Of a stretch of DNA of 64,000 nt, positions 27,835 to 40,225 are shown piece after piece; the stretch's first letter is position 1, and every line of letters begins with the position of its first letter. Source of the DNA: Chiloscyllium plagiosum (Eukaryota); assembly GCF_004010195.1 (NCBI RefSeq), contig NC_057755.1, forward strand, positions 6,369,474 to 6,433,473. The letters are read 5' to 3'. Below the pieces are notes generated by a model. The model made no database searches. It was given only the letters and a program-made list of their open reading frames with translations, and was not told where the DNA came from. The translations under genes and the position numbers were made by a program.

Positions 27835-28135
27835 GTGCAAAAGACGTATTTCAGCCTATCAAGTCTGCACCAACCTTCCAAAGAAAATGCATCGCAGGCC
27901 CACCCTATCCCCACATTTACCATGGCTAGTCCACATAGTCCATACATCCCTGGACACTACGGGGCAGTCCACCTAACCTGCACATTTTTGGACTGTAAGA
28001 CAAAAGCAGACAACCCGGAGGAAACTCACACAGACACAGGGAGAATGTTCAAAGTCCATGCAGGCAGTCATCCAAGACTGGAAACGAAACCAGGTCTTTG
28101 GCTCTATGAGGCAGCAGTGCTAATCTCTTCCCCGT
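27835..28135 (-). mobile_element. HE1-type V-SINE (further - strand copies near 13855-14110, 21980-22142, 33245-33400, 34075-34366)
   Basis: cctaacctgcacatttttggactgt..cccggaggaaac..cagacacagggagaatg..gaggcagcagtgctaa. Confidence 0.85.
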
Positions 28136-29465
28136 TACACTTGATCCTCTTACTCATTAAGAACCATTTTTTGCTGTCTTTAATACACTCAATGACTTGA
28201 TCGCCACATCATTCTGCAGCAATTAGTTCCACAGATTCACCACCTTCTCATTGGAGAGTGCCATCCTCATCTCAGTTCACAAGGTTCGTCCGTTCATTAC
28301 AATGCAATGTCCTCTGGTCCTAGTCCCTCTGACGAGTGGAGACTTCTTTCCACGTCGACTGAATCCAGGACTCTCACTGTTCTGTAAGTTTCACTCAGAT
28401 TCTCCTTCATTCTTCTGGACTCTATCGACTACCGATCCAGAGTTTTCGGCCATTCCTCATGTACTCGGCCCTTCATCTCTATGAACATTCTTGTGAACCT
28501 CGTGCCATTAACTGCATATTTTTTCTCTTGCACTTGACCTCCAAAAATAGATCAATGGCACCACCCCTGTGTGACATCTGAACCACTAATAGGACATACC
28601 AACCAGAGTTGGCAGCACAGTCGGGAGACTATTGCCCTAAACGACTCCGGAGCCAATAGGGTGGGATCGTTAGAGGCATTAACCATTTTTAAAGCTTATA
28701 ATCGAAAGACGAAAGGAAAACTGTCGCTGGTGTAGAAGCATAGGTAACTAAATTGTTCAGACTGCAGAGAATTACCAATGATAGCATGAGGCAAACAGTT
28801 ACTCCACCAGTTGTCGTAATTGGAAATATGTGACACAAGACAGCATTGAAAGCAGTTTCATGTAACCGTGAAAGAAATCTCAATGAACACTAGAAGAGAA
28901 GATAATGAAAGTACAAACGGCACAGAGCAGGAATGGTTTGACTTTTTTCATGAACCAGTTGTTAAAATCAACCTGTTCAAGTATGTCATTACACACCTCT
29001 GGAGTTAATGGTACTTGAATCCAGGCTTCCGGGTTCGGAGTTATAACAATACCACCACGTCAAAAGAGCACCCAACTTATCATTACTCCAAAACCCTGCA
29101 ACCAACATTACAGCGTGGATGGGTCCATCTGATGCTTTATCATCCAGTCATTGTACTTCACACCCCAATGTATCACATGCTCCCTTTTTTATTGCTTCAG
29201 GATCACCGAGCTTTGTTGATTGCTAAACCCTGCACTGCACTGCACTGCAAGATCAAATGGAGAATGAAAAGCAACAGAGCTAAGTCCCGGAGTTAACGTC
29301 ATTTTTTTCAGTGAGGGAAACCCAGAACATGGAAGAAATGCAGGTTTTAATTTGCCAGTGCTATTGTCTCTATATGTGGACTATGTGTATTCCAAATTTT
29401 GTTGGGACTAAAGGAAACGTTCATTCTTAATGTTTATGGCTTTCGATAATACAGACTAGCGATTC

Positions 29466-29665
29466 TAACGGGGTCAGCCAGCTGGACCTCATAGAACATC
29501 AGTTCGTTGATTGGAGCTGTTAACCTGGGAGTTCTAGCTGACATATAAAAAGGGGACTGTCAGAGACACTGACACTCTGGTGAGGCAGGACTGAAGTCAC
29601 TGACTGTTCATGCTTAAGTAAAGGGTGACGTGGTGATGGAAACCGGCCTCTATGGCTTATTGTTG
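29466..29665 (+). mobile_element. Short LTR-like remnant
   Basis: TATA-like tataaaaagggg and a 3' part agtaaagggtgacgtggtgatggaaaccggcctctatgg resembling shark LTR ends as I recall them. Confidence 0.4.
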
Positions 29666-29810
29666 ATAGCGAATCCAGCGTCTCCAGCTGGACATTATAA
29701 AGGAAACGTATTGTGCGCGGCAACCGCGTGAATGCATATCCAAAATTTCGCATATAATCTGTCCTATTTGTCATTTTAATGGAGACTGTAATCAAATAAA
29801 TTGGTTCCAT

Positions 29811-30698
29811 CAGACAGTGAAGAGAGTTACCTCAGATTACAACAGGATCTTGATCAGATGGGCCAATGGGCTGAGAAGTGGCTGATGGAGTTTAATTCAG
29901 ATAAATGCGAGGAGCTGCATTTTGGGAAAACAAATCTTATCAGGACTTATGCATTTAAGGTCCTAGGGAGTGTTGCTGAACAAAGAGATCTTGGAGTGCA
30001 GGTTCATAGCTCCTTGAAAGTGGAGTTGCAGATAGATAGGATAGTGAAGAAGGCGTTTGGTATGCCTTCCTTTATTGGTCAGAGTATTGAGTACAGGAGT
30101 TTGGAGGTCATATTGCGGCGGTACAGGACATTGGTTAGGCCACCATTGGAATATTGTTTGCATTCTGGTCTCCTTCCTATCCGAAAGACGTTGCGAAATT
30201 TGAAAAGGCTCAGAAAAGATTTGCAAGAATGTTGCCAGGGTTGGAGGATTTGAGCTACAGGGAGAGGCTGAACAGGCTGGGGTTGTTCTCCCTGGAGCGT
30301 TGGAGGCTGAGGGTTGACCTTAAAGAGTTTTACAAAATTATGAGGGGCATGGATAGGGTAAATAGGCAAAGTCTTTTCCCTGGGGTTGTGGAGTCCAGAA
30401 CGAGAGGGCATAGGTTTAGGGTGAGAGGGAAAGATATAAAAGAGACCTAAAGGGCAACTCTTTCAAACAGAGGTTGGTACGTGTATTGAATGAGCTGCCA
30501 GAGGAAATGGTGGAGGCTGGTACAATTGCAACATTTAAGAGGTATTTGGATAGATATATGAATAGGAAGGGTTTGGGGGGATATGGGCCGGATGCTGGCA
30601 GGTGGGACTAGATTGGGTTGGGATATTGGGTCGGCATGGACGGGTTGGACTGAAGGATCTGTTTACATGCTGTACATCTCTATGACTCTATGACTCTA
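29811..30698 (+). mobile_element. CR1 LINE 3' end
   Basis: ORFs LQQDLDQMGQWAEKWLMEFNSDKC and LSYRERLNRLGLFSLE; (CTATGACT)n tail. Confidence 0.95.
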
Positions 30699-30919
30699 CG
30701 ACACTATGTTGACTTTCTTTAAGAGCATAGGGACTCTGTAACTGATGGTACATTCTAACTCGAAATTCAGTCTCCACTTGGTTAATGGATTTTGGTCGAC
30801 GATCTAATTTTCTCCCAGAGCACGGGGAAGATTGCCCAATCACTTCATTTTTGGGAATGGCATTCGACCAGATAATGGGAAAGTATTCCATTATATGCCT
30901 GGCTTGTGTCTCGTACACT

Positions 30920-31885
30920 GGACTTTTCACTTTATACGTTCATGATCTAGATGATGGAACTGACGGCTTACTTGTTACGTTTGCAGATGATACAACGATG
31001 GGTAGCGGGTCAGGCAATACTGAGAGGCAGGGAGGCTGCAGAAGGATTTGCACAGGTCAGGAGAGTGAGTAAGTAAGTAGCTGATGGAGAACAACGTGGG
31101 AAATTGTGAAATCATATACTTCAGGAAGGAAAATTGAAGTATGGGCTATTTTCTAAATGGGGAGAAAATTCAGAAGTCTGAAGCGCAAAGAGACTTGATT
31201 ATTTTAGTTCAGAATTCTCTCTAGATAAACTTCCAGACTGAGTCCATAGTTAAGAAAGCAAATGCAAAGATGGCATTTATTTTGAGTGAACTCGAATATA
31301 AAAGCAGGGATATATTTTTGAGACTCTGCAAGGACATGGTCAGAACGCATGTAGAGTATTATAAGCACTTGGGGGCCCAACATCTCAGGAAGTATGTACT
31401 GGCCCTGGAGCTGAATCAGAGGAGGTTCACAACAATGGTCCCTGCAATGAAAACCTTAACTGACGAGGAACGCTTGAGGACTGTGGGATGATACTCAAAT
31501 TAGTTTAGAAGGGTGAGGGGCATCTAACTGAAACATGCAGAATACTCAATGGTCGAGATAAAATGGATATTGGGAAGATATTTTCATTGGTAGGAGAGAC
31601 TATGATCCAAGGACACAGCTTTAAAGTCAATAGAAAATCTTTGCAAACGGGGATAAGGAGAGTGGTGAATCTATGGAATTAACTGCGACAGAAGATTGTG
31701 GAGGACAGGGCTGCGAGTATATTTAATACTGAGATAGATAGGTTCTGGATTAGCAAGGACTTCAAGTATTATGGTGAGAAGGCGGAAGAAAGAGGGTAAG
31801 TAACTTATCAGCCCTCATTGAATGGCGATGGAGACTTGATGCGCCGAAATGCCTAATTTCTGCTCCTATGTCTTCTGATCTTATC
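30920..31885 (+). mobile_element. Older CR1 LINE 3' part
   Basis: FTLYVHDLDDG..TFADDT; RRFTTMVP; 3' end tgctcctatgtctt. Confidence 0.85.
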
Positions 31886-31899
31886 GTTGTACTTTAGGA

Positions 31900-32270
31900 A
31901 AGCAGCAGCGGCGTTTGTGGTTTTCTGAAGTTATTGGTGAGCCGTTGAGTTGGCCTGCCAGGCAATGAACCATGTTCGAAGTCCGTCCATGGCAGCTGCT
32001 GAAATTTAGAACCAACTTTTAGAAAAATACCAGTTAGATTTCTGGTTATTGACCTGGAGTCTGATGATGAGTATTATTGATTATCAGGGCAAAAAAAGAC
32101 CTCATTCGGTAATGCACAAAGGAAAGAAATCAGCCACCTTTACCTGGTCTGGCCTACACGTGACTACAGAATCACACGAATGCAATGGACTCTTAACTGC
32201 CCTTTGGTAAATTATGAATGGACAATTAATGCTCTGCCAGCCAGTGCTGTCCTTCATCACGTGATTGAAC
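31900..32270 (+). mobile_element. Second tRNA-derived shark SINE family (other copies near 13740-14400 -, 17570-17770 +, 35500-35700 -, 37350-37540 -)
   Basis: Shared core ttacctggtctggcctacacgtgact..gactcttaactgccct..aatgct..gccag. Family name uncertain. Confidence 0.65.
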
Positions 32271-34464
32271 AGAAGTTCAATGACCGGCAGCAGAATTCCC
32301 AGCATCTGGTTTGCTCATGTAGACCTTTTGTGGGTTGTTGATAGAGGGGGATTCAGTGAAAATCAGAGTAATGAACTAGAAGGCAGGGCTTATGAGATGC
32401 ATTAAACTCACGAAGTCTACACTGAGCATTCCCTCACTGTAACCCAACAAAGGGTTTTTAATTATGTCTAGCCTGGACATTTTTGGATGAGTCAAAAGTT
32501 ACATGACACCAAATTATAAGTTTATTTGAAATCACAAGATTGTATAGCGCTGCTCCTTCGTCACTTCACCTGATTTCAAACAGACTGTTGGTCTATAACC
32601 TGATGTCATGTGTTATGCACCAGTCCAGAAACAGTCAAAAATATCTTGGGAAGGTAACGTAAGCCCTAATTTTTCTTACGTCAAAGGTAGAATAGGTGAG
32701 GATATTCCAGGTGTGATGCAGCTGGTTAAACCACTCTGCTTTAAGTAAAACAGAATTTGTTTAAACACGACAGCTGAAACACGAACAAAATAAAGCGGAA
32801 TTTAGGATAACAGCTTTTGAAAAACATAACCGACTTGATACAGTAACTATTTCTCCTTAACTTTCCAATGTGGTCACATCCCATAAAGATACCCCTTGGC
32901 AAAAAGAGGCAAAATCAAACACAGGAAGGAAGGAACAAAACTCAGAGAGAGATTTCAAAAAACGTCAGAGAAATCCTTTACTTGAGCTTTTTTAGTTTAT
33001 GAACTCACACATCTTGTAACTGGTACAGCTCAAATCAAACGAGAAGGACATGTACTGGGGAGAACTGCCTGCTCCCCCAGCCCCCCACCACCCCCTTACC
33101 TTGTTCAACTCGACTCTTTGATACCTCTGTTTTTTTAATATAAACTCTCTTAAAAAAGGACAAAATAATCTTTTTAAAGTGACAGCATTGTCACGCATGT
33201 GAATTCTGACTTTGTGCATCCCAGTCCAAAATCAGCACCGCAAAACCCATGGACTGTGGGAGGAAGCAAGGGCACCCACCAGAAGCCCCCACACATATAC
33301 AGGGAGAACATTACAAACTCCACATAAAGAGTCATCAAAGGTTGAAAGTAAATGCAGACCCTTGGGCCTTGTGATGCAACAGTACTAACGACTGCATCCC
33401 CATCCTAACCCCCAAACTTGAATAAGAATGAGGAATCGATTTTCACATGGGGTTGTAGGAATCACTTCATGTATTTGAAAGGAAATTGCGTACTCAGATA
33501 AGGAAAAGGGACAACATATGCTGATTGTAAAGGGGAAAATGTCGGTGATAAGATCACACATCAGCAGCTCCTAGTGGTGTGTTTCTTATCGTTATGCTGC
33601 ATGACATTTTTAAGAAATATTATTCTGTTGCCTGAAAAGAAATATTGCAATCTTTTACTTCAGTATTCTTACTTTGCTTGACAGGAAAACGGGAGGTAAA
33701 TCATTCAGAATTAAATTACACATGCCCTTCTTTACTTAATGCTTTTAGTACCCATATTTAATATGAAACACATTCATGGCGACATTTGCTTCTCACTTCA
33801 TTTAATTTAAATTCAACTCACTTCGTCCAATCTTACTTTCAATAATCCTCATTTTTTTTAATCAAATGCTACCTTGATTCGAGTGATGTGACCAACATTG
33901 TTCTCCACATATCTACTGCCACATATAAGATAGAATGCGACCAGTTTGTCGAGAGACACAATGACACTTGCCTTATTTTGTAAACACGGGAAACTACAAA
34001 TTATAATATGCCCGTGCTGCGTTTTAAACTGAGGTCGGGGTCTGAACCAGCCAGACGTCCCAAAATGCATGATCATAGAGTCCCTGAAGTATAGAAGCTG
34101 ATCATTCGACCCATTTTTCTACACCGACCCTCTGACGAGTATACCACCCAGACCTATATCCTTTCCTATCCCAGCATTTCCCACAGCTAATCCATCTAAT
34201 CTACACATCGCTGGGTATTGGGAAATCCAGCTAGCCTATACAACTTTGTCCTGCAGGAGGCAACCAGTGCAGACACGTGTAGAATGTGCAAACAATCAGA
34301 CCAAGATGGAGTAGAAGCTGTGCGTCTGGTGCTGTGAGGCAGCAGTGCTAACCACAGAGACACCATCTCTCACCATGATTGAGGCTTTTACTGTGTAGAA
34401 GCTATTTCTGCTGCTGGCTGCCTAACCATAATTTATTTGCTGGAGGCGAACGTTCCTGGCTGCA

Positions 34465-35258
34465 ACGTTCTGAGCCTCCGACCTGCTCTTTTTGACATTG
34501 TGTTTACTTGGTGAGCACACTTCCGTTTCTGACGAATGGTAAGCGCCAGGATGTTGACACTGATGCATTTGAACATTGATTCGCTTTTGTTTCCCAGGTG
34601 AGAGAGCTGTTGCTTTCAGATCTGGAGAAAAGTACATTGACCTGGACATAACGAACAGCTCTGTTTGCTTATGTCTTCAGGCAGACCAGACAGGCTGACG
34701 AGGCATGGAATGGAAGGGATGTCAAGTATCCTGAAAGGCAGGTTCAAGGCAAGCAGCAGCTTGGGCCTAAACTGTGTTATTCCATGGGGACTATGAAGAG
34801 AGCGTCTGGTGGCAATTCACGCCTACACCTGACCATCTGTATTGTACCAGGTGTTACATGGAGCAAGCAGGCAATAGGGAGCTATTAATGTCATTTACAA
34901 GTGGAAGTTCTACTTCAAAAGTTTTGTCTACTTCTTCTCCGTCACCCTGGAAAAGTTAAAAAGAAAAAGGTGCATAACCTATTGGTGAATTGAAAAGGCA
35001 TTCCATGCCAGGAAAGGGAAAAATGTGAGGTTTCAATACTTCATTTCATCATCCTTGGACTTGACATTAGCTGAACGATTTATAAAGAAGGTTCGAGGTG
35101 ATAACACTTTGCTTGTGATTGAAACCAAAATGGGTGTCGATGTCAGTGAATACTCATTCATCAAGGAGGAAGATGAGGTCATCATCCAGCCAACAGAGGT
35201 GTTTAAGGTCAAGTACAAAGCACAGAAGGGAAAGGAAAATAATACAAAAATAGGTTAA
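34465..35258 (+). pseudogene. Ecto-ADP-ribosyltransferase (ARTC / NAD-arginine ADP-ribosyltransferase family) pseudogene, two exons, probably secreted type
   Basis: One frame from 34800 reads ERLVAIHAYT*PSVLYQVLHGASRQ*GAINVIYKWKFYFKSFVYFFSVTLEKLKRKRCITYW*IEKAFHARKGKNVRFQYFISSSLDLTLAERFIKKVRGDNTLLVIETKMGVDVSEYSFIKEEDEVIIQPTEVFKV. This matches the ARTC pattern AIxAYT..LY..F.FK..L..C..YRG..VRF..F.SSS..YS..ExEVLIP.E.F.V. Exon 2 starts at 34598 after ttttgtttcccag and begins ERAVAFRSGEKYIDLDITNSS (LDM-like motif). Putative exon 1 (34465-34510) encodes LLFLTLCLLG and ends at a G|gtgagc donor. In-frame stops at 34471, 34794, 34830, 34875 and 34986, plus frameshifts. AATAAA at about 35412. Confidence 0.9.
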
Positions 35259-35747
35259 GATTGGGCTACAGACTAAGGGATGCCAGAGCATTAAGGAAAG
35301 GTGCATTTAGAATGAGAAGAGGACAGGGTAACTGCTGTCTAGACTGAGAGCATCTTCAGCCTGAAATCAAGAAACTGGCATTGCTAACTCACACTGACAA
35401 TAGTCACTTACAATAAATAATTCACACTGGGTAAAATGCTCCTGCTTCCTTTGTAACTGATAACAAAGGCTACATGATGGATAATTCGTCATGATCATTC
35501 TTCGTGTTTATGCATTTCACAGGATATGGGCATGCATTTTTCATCCATTCATTGCCCAGAGTGCAATTATGGATCTGGACTCACGTGTAGGCCAGACCGG
35601 GTAAAGATGGTAGTTTGCTTCCCGAATGGACATTATTGAAGCAGATGAATGTTTCCTGACCATCAACAATGGTTTCATAGCCATCATTAGACTTTTATTT
35701 AAAACTTGTTTATAATCAACCTGCTCGGAGATATTATTACACAGTGT

Positions 35748-35993
35748 TACAAGGGGACATAAATTTAAGGTGAAGGGTGGAAGGTATAGGGGAGATGTCA
35801 GGGGTGGGTTCTTTACCCAGAGAGTGGTGGGGCATGGAATGCGCTGCCCGTGGGAGTGGTAGAGTCGGAATCATTGGCGACTTTAAGCGGCATTTGGATA
35901 GGTACATGGATGGGTACTTAATCTAGGTTAGAAGTTCGGCACAACATCGTGGACCGAAGGGCCTGTTCTGTGCTGTATTGTTCTATGTTCTAT
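35748..35993 (+). mobile_element. Young CR1 3' end, running into the gap
   Basis: ttctttacccagagagtggtg..; (TTCTATG)n tail. Confidence 0.85.
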
Positions 35994-36341
35994 NNNNNNN
36001 NNNNNNNNNNNNNNNNNNNNNNNNNNNNNNNNNNNNNNNNNNNNNNNNNNNNNNNNNNNNNNNNNNNNNNNNNNNNNNNNNNNNNNNNNNNNNNNNNNNN
36101 NNNNNNNNNNNNNNNNNNNNNNNNNNNNNNNNNNNNNNNNNNNNNNNNNNNNNNNNNNNNNNNNNNNNNNNNNNNNNNNNNNNNNNNNNNNNNNNNNNNN
36201 NNNNNNNNNNNNNNNNNNNNNNNNNNNNNNNNNNNNNNNNNNNNNNNNNNNNNNNNNNNNNNNNNNNNNNNNNNNNNNNNNNNNNNNNNNNNNNNNNNNN
36301 NNNNNNNNNNNNNNNNNNNNNNNNNNNNNNNNNNNNNNNNN
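35994..36341. other. Assembly gap
   Basis: Run of N. Confidence 1.
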
Positions 36342-37300
36342 AATATGTTGAAGGTGTTAGCCCCCTGTGTTCTCTGTCTATACCATGATGTTTAGATTGA
36401 TTCTAATCTGAAAAGTGAGATAACAAAATTTTACATGGATTCATGCAGTTTTTGAGCAAAGTACAATGTAGCTCTGCAAGTACAAATTCACCCCACAAAA
36501 TATATATGTGCATGTGGATCTTTGTCAGTTTTTGTGTGTGTGTGTGTTTGTCTGGGTTGGGGGTTGTGAGTGTGAGAGGGAGTGTATATGTGTGTGTAGT
36601 GATGTAGTGTATCTTAAGTCTGTGAGAGGGTGCATGAGTGAGTGTGGGAGTGTGTGCGTCTGTAGGAGTGTGTGAGAAGATATGCGTATCTGTGTATAGG
36701 AGTGTCTGTGTGTTTGTAGGAGTGTATGTGTATGCGCACGCACGCATGTGTGTGTGTATAGTGCAATGGTGGTCACTTGTAGTGTGACAGGAACCGAAGG
36801 TCCCGGTTGAGACCCTCCCTATGGGTACCTTAATAGCTATCAGCCTCTGCTGGCCCACGTTTCGTTGCTGCCTGTCCCGAGCTCTGCCTTGGAGGATAGT
36901 CAGCCGATGGTCCAAGATCAAATGTCCTGGACTGCTGAAGTGTTCTCCAACTGGCCACTCACAATTCCCCACCCCAGACACAAACACACACACACACGTA
37001 TGCCCACATACACATATGATCGACAACTACATATAAAAGAAGTGAAACTAACATGGTCTCTCTTACAGATTAGAGACTTAATAAACAATCAAGGTATTGT
37101 TCAATGTATAATTTCAGTTACATCACACTGTAAACTTTTGCTATAAACTCTACGTCTTACAATTGTATACTCCACAACCACGTGATGTAGGAGCAGCGCT
37201 CCGAAAGCTAGTGTGTCCAATTAAACCTATTGGACTATAACCTGGTGTTGTGTGATGTTTAACTTTGTACACCGCATTCCAACACAGGCATCTCCGAATC
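36342..37300. mobile_element. Penelope-like element, rearranged (GIY-YIG C-terminus on -, 3' end with hammerhead motif on +)
   Basis: - strand PVGEHFSSPGH..L.ILQG..RQQR..QQRLIA; + strand gtgatgtaggagcagcgctccgaaagc at about 37182. Confidence 0.8.
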
Positions 37301-37819
37301 ATAACTTTGTGAATAATGTTTCTGAGCAGATATTCTTCCCACCATCAGTAAAATATCCATGTGGCTATTTTAATATTTGCAAGCAAAACCTGTTAAGGCC
37401 ATCAATAGAGTTTTAACTCCAAATTTCTATTAAAGTCACATTCATTCATCTGCTGTGCTGGGATTCCAACCCAAGTCTCCCAAGTCTGACACATATATCT
37501 GAATTACGAGTCTGGCAATACGAAATTCCACAAGAACATTGCCTGCAATATGCTGATCTATCAATTAGCCATGTTTCTGAATGCCAAGCACACCTGCGCC
37601 AATTTAGTTCTGTTCATGTAATGTTCTATCATTATGCATACTTCTTTGTAATCATTTTTAGACCTAAGGTAACACGTTAGGTACTTTCACCCTAAAACTA
37701 CATCACTCGAAGACCCTCTGAAGTGCCTGCACTTCCCTGTTCAAAGGCTGTAGATCAAGAGTGTGAGCCTGCGTCCAACCAAGCGTTGAGGTGCAGCCCC
37801 TTCTGCTATATAAAAATGT

Positions 37820-39015
37820 GTCGGCAGCATCCAAGGAACAGGAAAATTGATGTTTCTGTTATAAGCCCTTCATCAGGAATGTGGGGCGAGGAAGGGGGCT
37901 GAGAGATAAATAGGAGACAGGGTGGGGCTGGAGAGAATGTAGCAGGGAAGACGATAGTTGCATGCAGTTGGGGGGCGTGATGGTGATAGATTAGAGTGGC
38001 GGGTACAGCAGATAAATGGGAAGGAAGATGAATAGGTAGGATAGTTCAACAGTGCACTGATGAGTTGGAGGGTTGGATGTGGGATGAGGTGGACGGAGGA
38101 GAAATGAGAAAACTTGTGAAATCGACGTTGATGCTGTGTGGTTCGAGGGTCCAAAGGCGGATGATGAGGCGTTCTTCCTCCAGGCGTCGAGAGGCTCGGA
38201 TTAGGCAGTAGAGGAGGCCCAGGTCCTTGGCAATCTGTGGGGACCATTCACTCCGTGACTCCCTCATTAAGTCCACTCTCCCCACCAACACACCCTCCTC
38301 TACTGGCACCTTCCCTTGCAGCTGCCAGACGAGCAAAACCTGAGACCACACCATCCCTTCACCTCCATCCAAGGTCCAAAATTATCCTTCAATACGCAGC
38401 ACAGATTTTCCTGTACATCCAAACAGCTTATTCTCTCTGTTGTTCTTGATGTGGTCTTCTCGACATTGAGGAGATAGGACACCAACGACCAACGCACAGA
38501 ATGTTTCAGAGAACATCTCTGAGACACACGCACCACACAACCCCACCAGCCTTTGTCCGACCACTTCAAATGGCCCTCCCACTCCTTCAGGGACATGCAA
38601 GTCCTGGGCCTCCTCCACCATCAAGTCATAGCCGCCTGACAACTGGAGAACAAACGCCCCATCTTCCACACGGTATCAACGTAGATTTCACCAGTTTTCT
38701 CATCTTCCCCCGCCCAACCCACACATTCCAGATCCAAACTTCCAACACGGCACCTCCGTCGTTAACTATCCCACCTGCCCATCTTCCATTCCACCTTCCA
38801 TTCTACGTCTGCTCTGATGTATCAGCGTCGCCCTCCACCTGCATCCAGCTATCACCTTCCCAGCTCCCTTCCACCAGCTACAAACCCTCTCCTATTTATC
38901 TCACAGCCCCCTTCCCCGACATCCCTAATGAAGGGCTAATGTCTGAAACGTCGATTCCCTTGCTCCTTGGATGCTGCCTGACCTACTGTGCTTTTCCAGC
39001 GCCACACCTTTCTAT
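37820..39015. mobile_element. Inverted pair of Penelope-like 3' fragments (37820-38235 on -, 38237-39015 on +)
   Basis: LGLLYC..RRLEEERLIIRLWTLEPHSINVDFTSF on -; GTFPC..SIQGP.. and ..GINVDFTSF on +. Both end in a ctgatgaagggc..gaaac hammerhead-like motif. Confidence 0.85.
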
Positions 39016-40162
39016 TCTCAAGATTATTAACATTGTGATTATACTACTAGAGCCATTGCTCTCCTCAATGTGCAATCTGACATTCCGTTCCTTTAGTATT
39101 GCATCATATTTCTTTTTTTCTCTGAACACTCGAGGCTGAATGCAGGAGGTTGGCACAAAGTTGCTGCAGTTTACAACGCAGTGTTCATGTTTATTTATTT
39201 GTAGAGTGATAATGTCATTGAGATGTTCAGCAAGGAAACAGACCATTTGGTCCATCTCATCAACCCTTTGGTCCTCAGATGTCTTAAATTAATCTAGCCC
39301 CATTTCCCAGCACTTGGTCTATATCCCTCTAACACTTTCCTACTCATGTATCTATTCAGACGGCTTTTATACATTGTAACGCTACAGGCCCCCACCATTT
39401 CCTTTGGCAGCCAATTCCATACATGGACCACCTTTGTGTGGAAACGTTACACCTTCAGTTCCTTTTTAAATCTTTCCTCTCTCACCCTAAACCTTAACAC
39501 TCTATTTCTGGACTCCTCCAACCCAGTGAAAAGGCCTTGTCCATTTACAAAATGCATGCCCCCATGACCTTTGTATCCTCTATAATGTCTGGGAAAATGA
39601 ACCAAAGAGAATGATCTGCCTTTAAAAAAAACAGCAAAATACTCATTAACATTTGTTTATTCGTACGTTGTACATGGCTTTTGCTGTCTGAACCATCGTT
39701 GATTGGCCGTGGTTGCCCCTTTAGAAGGCGGTTGTGACCTGCTTTCATGAGCCTCTGTAGTCCCTTTGCTGTCGTTAGACCCAATAATACCGTTAGAGAA
39801 ACAATACCAGGATTTTGTCCCAGCAATGCTGAAGGTAAAGTAATATCTATCCAAGTCAATACAATTAGTGTTTTACAGGGGAACTTGCTGGTTGTGGTGT
39901 TCCAACATATCTGTTAACCTGGTCCTTCTAGATAGAAGAGCATTGAGGCAACTCAGAAGCAATTGAAACAGCTTAATGTGTTTTATTTGCGCAGCAAAAA
40001 AGTTCAGTTTGTCAAAATTGTCTTTGTTTGGCCTGGGTAATTACTTTTTCGAGAAATATTTACATCAAAAACCCAATTAAGAATATTAAAAAGATTGGTT
40101 TAAATTGATTGTTTAGGGACTCTGTAGTCTACACTGTCATGCACAATTCTGACTTAAACCAG

Positions 40163-40225
40163 CATCTGAACAAGGACTTGAACCTTAGACGGTACATATG
40201 ATGCTCAATTGATTTAGCATTCAGC
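40163..40225 (-). pseudogene. tRNA-Lys(UUU) pseudogene, internally deleted
   Basis: catctgaacaaggacttgaaccttagac...tgatgctcaattgatttagcattcagc matches reverse-complement tRNA-Lys and sits in array-unit flanks. Confidence 0.7.

Larger units (their letters stand above)
9305..27995 (+). repeat. Old tandem segmental duplication (copy 1 about 9.3-22.14 kb; copy 2 about 22.19-28.0 kb, internally deleted)
   Basis: Colinear paired blocks in the same order and orientation: 9320-9442 plus 11118-12580 with 22190-23730; 15995-16920 with 25345-26180; 20391-22135 with 26227-27995. Confidence 0.85.

Noticed and set aside
34539..34597. Alternative ART intron using the G|gtaagc donor at 34539
   Set aside because: It gives a 59-nt intron and needs a frameshift in the signal peptide; the 34511 donor joins in frame.
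38501..39139. 212-aa Pro/Ser-rich ORF
   Set aside because: Read-through of a frameshifted Penelope fragment and its pyrimidine-rich 3' region.
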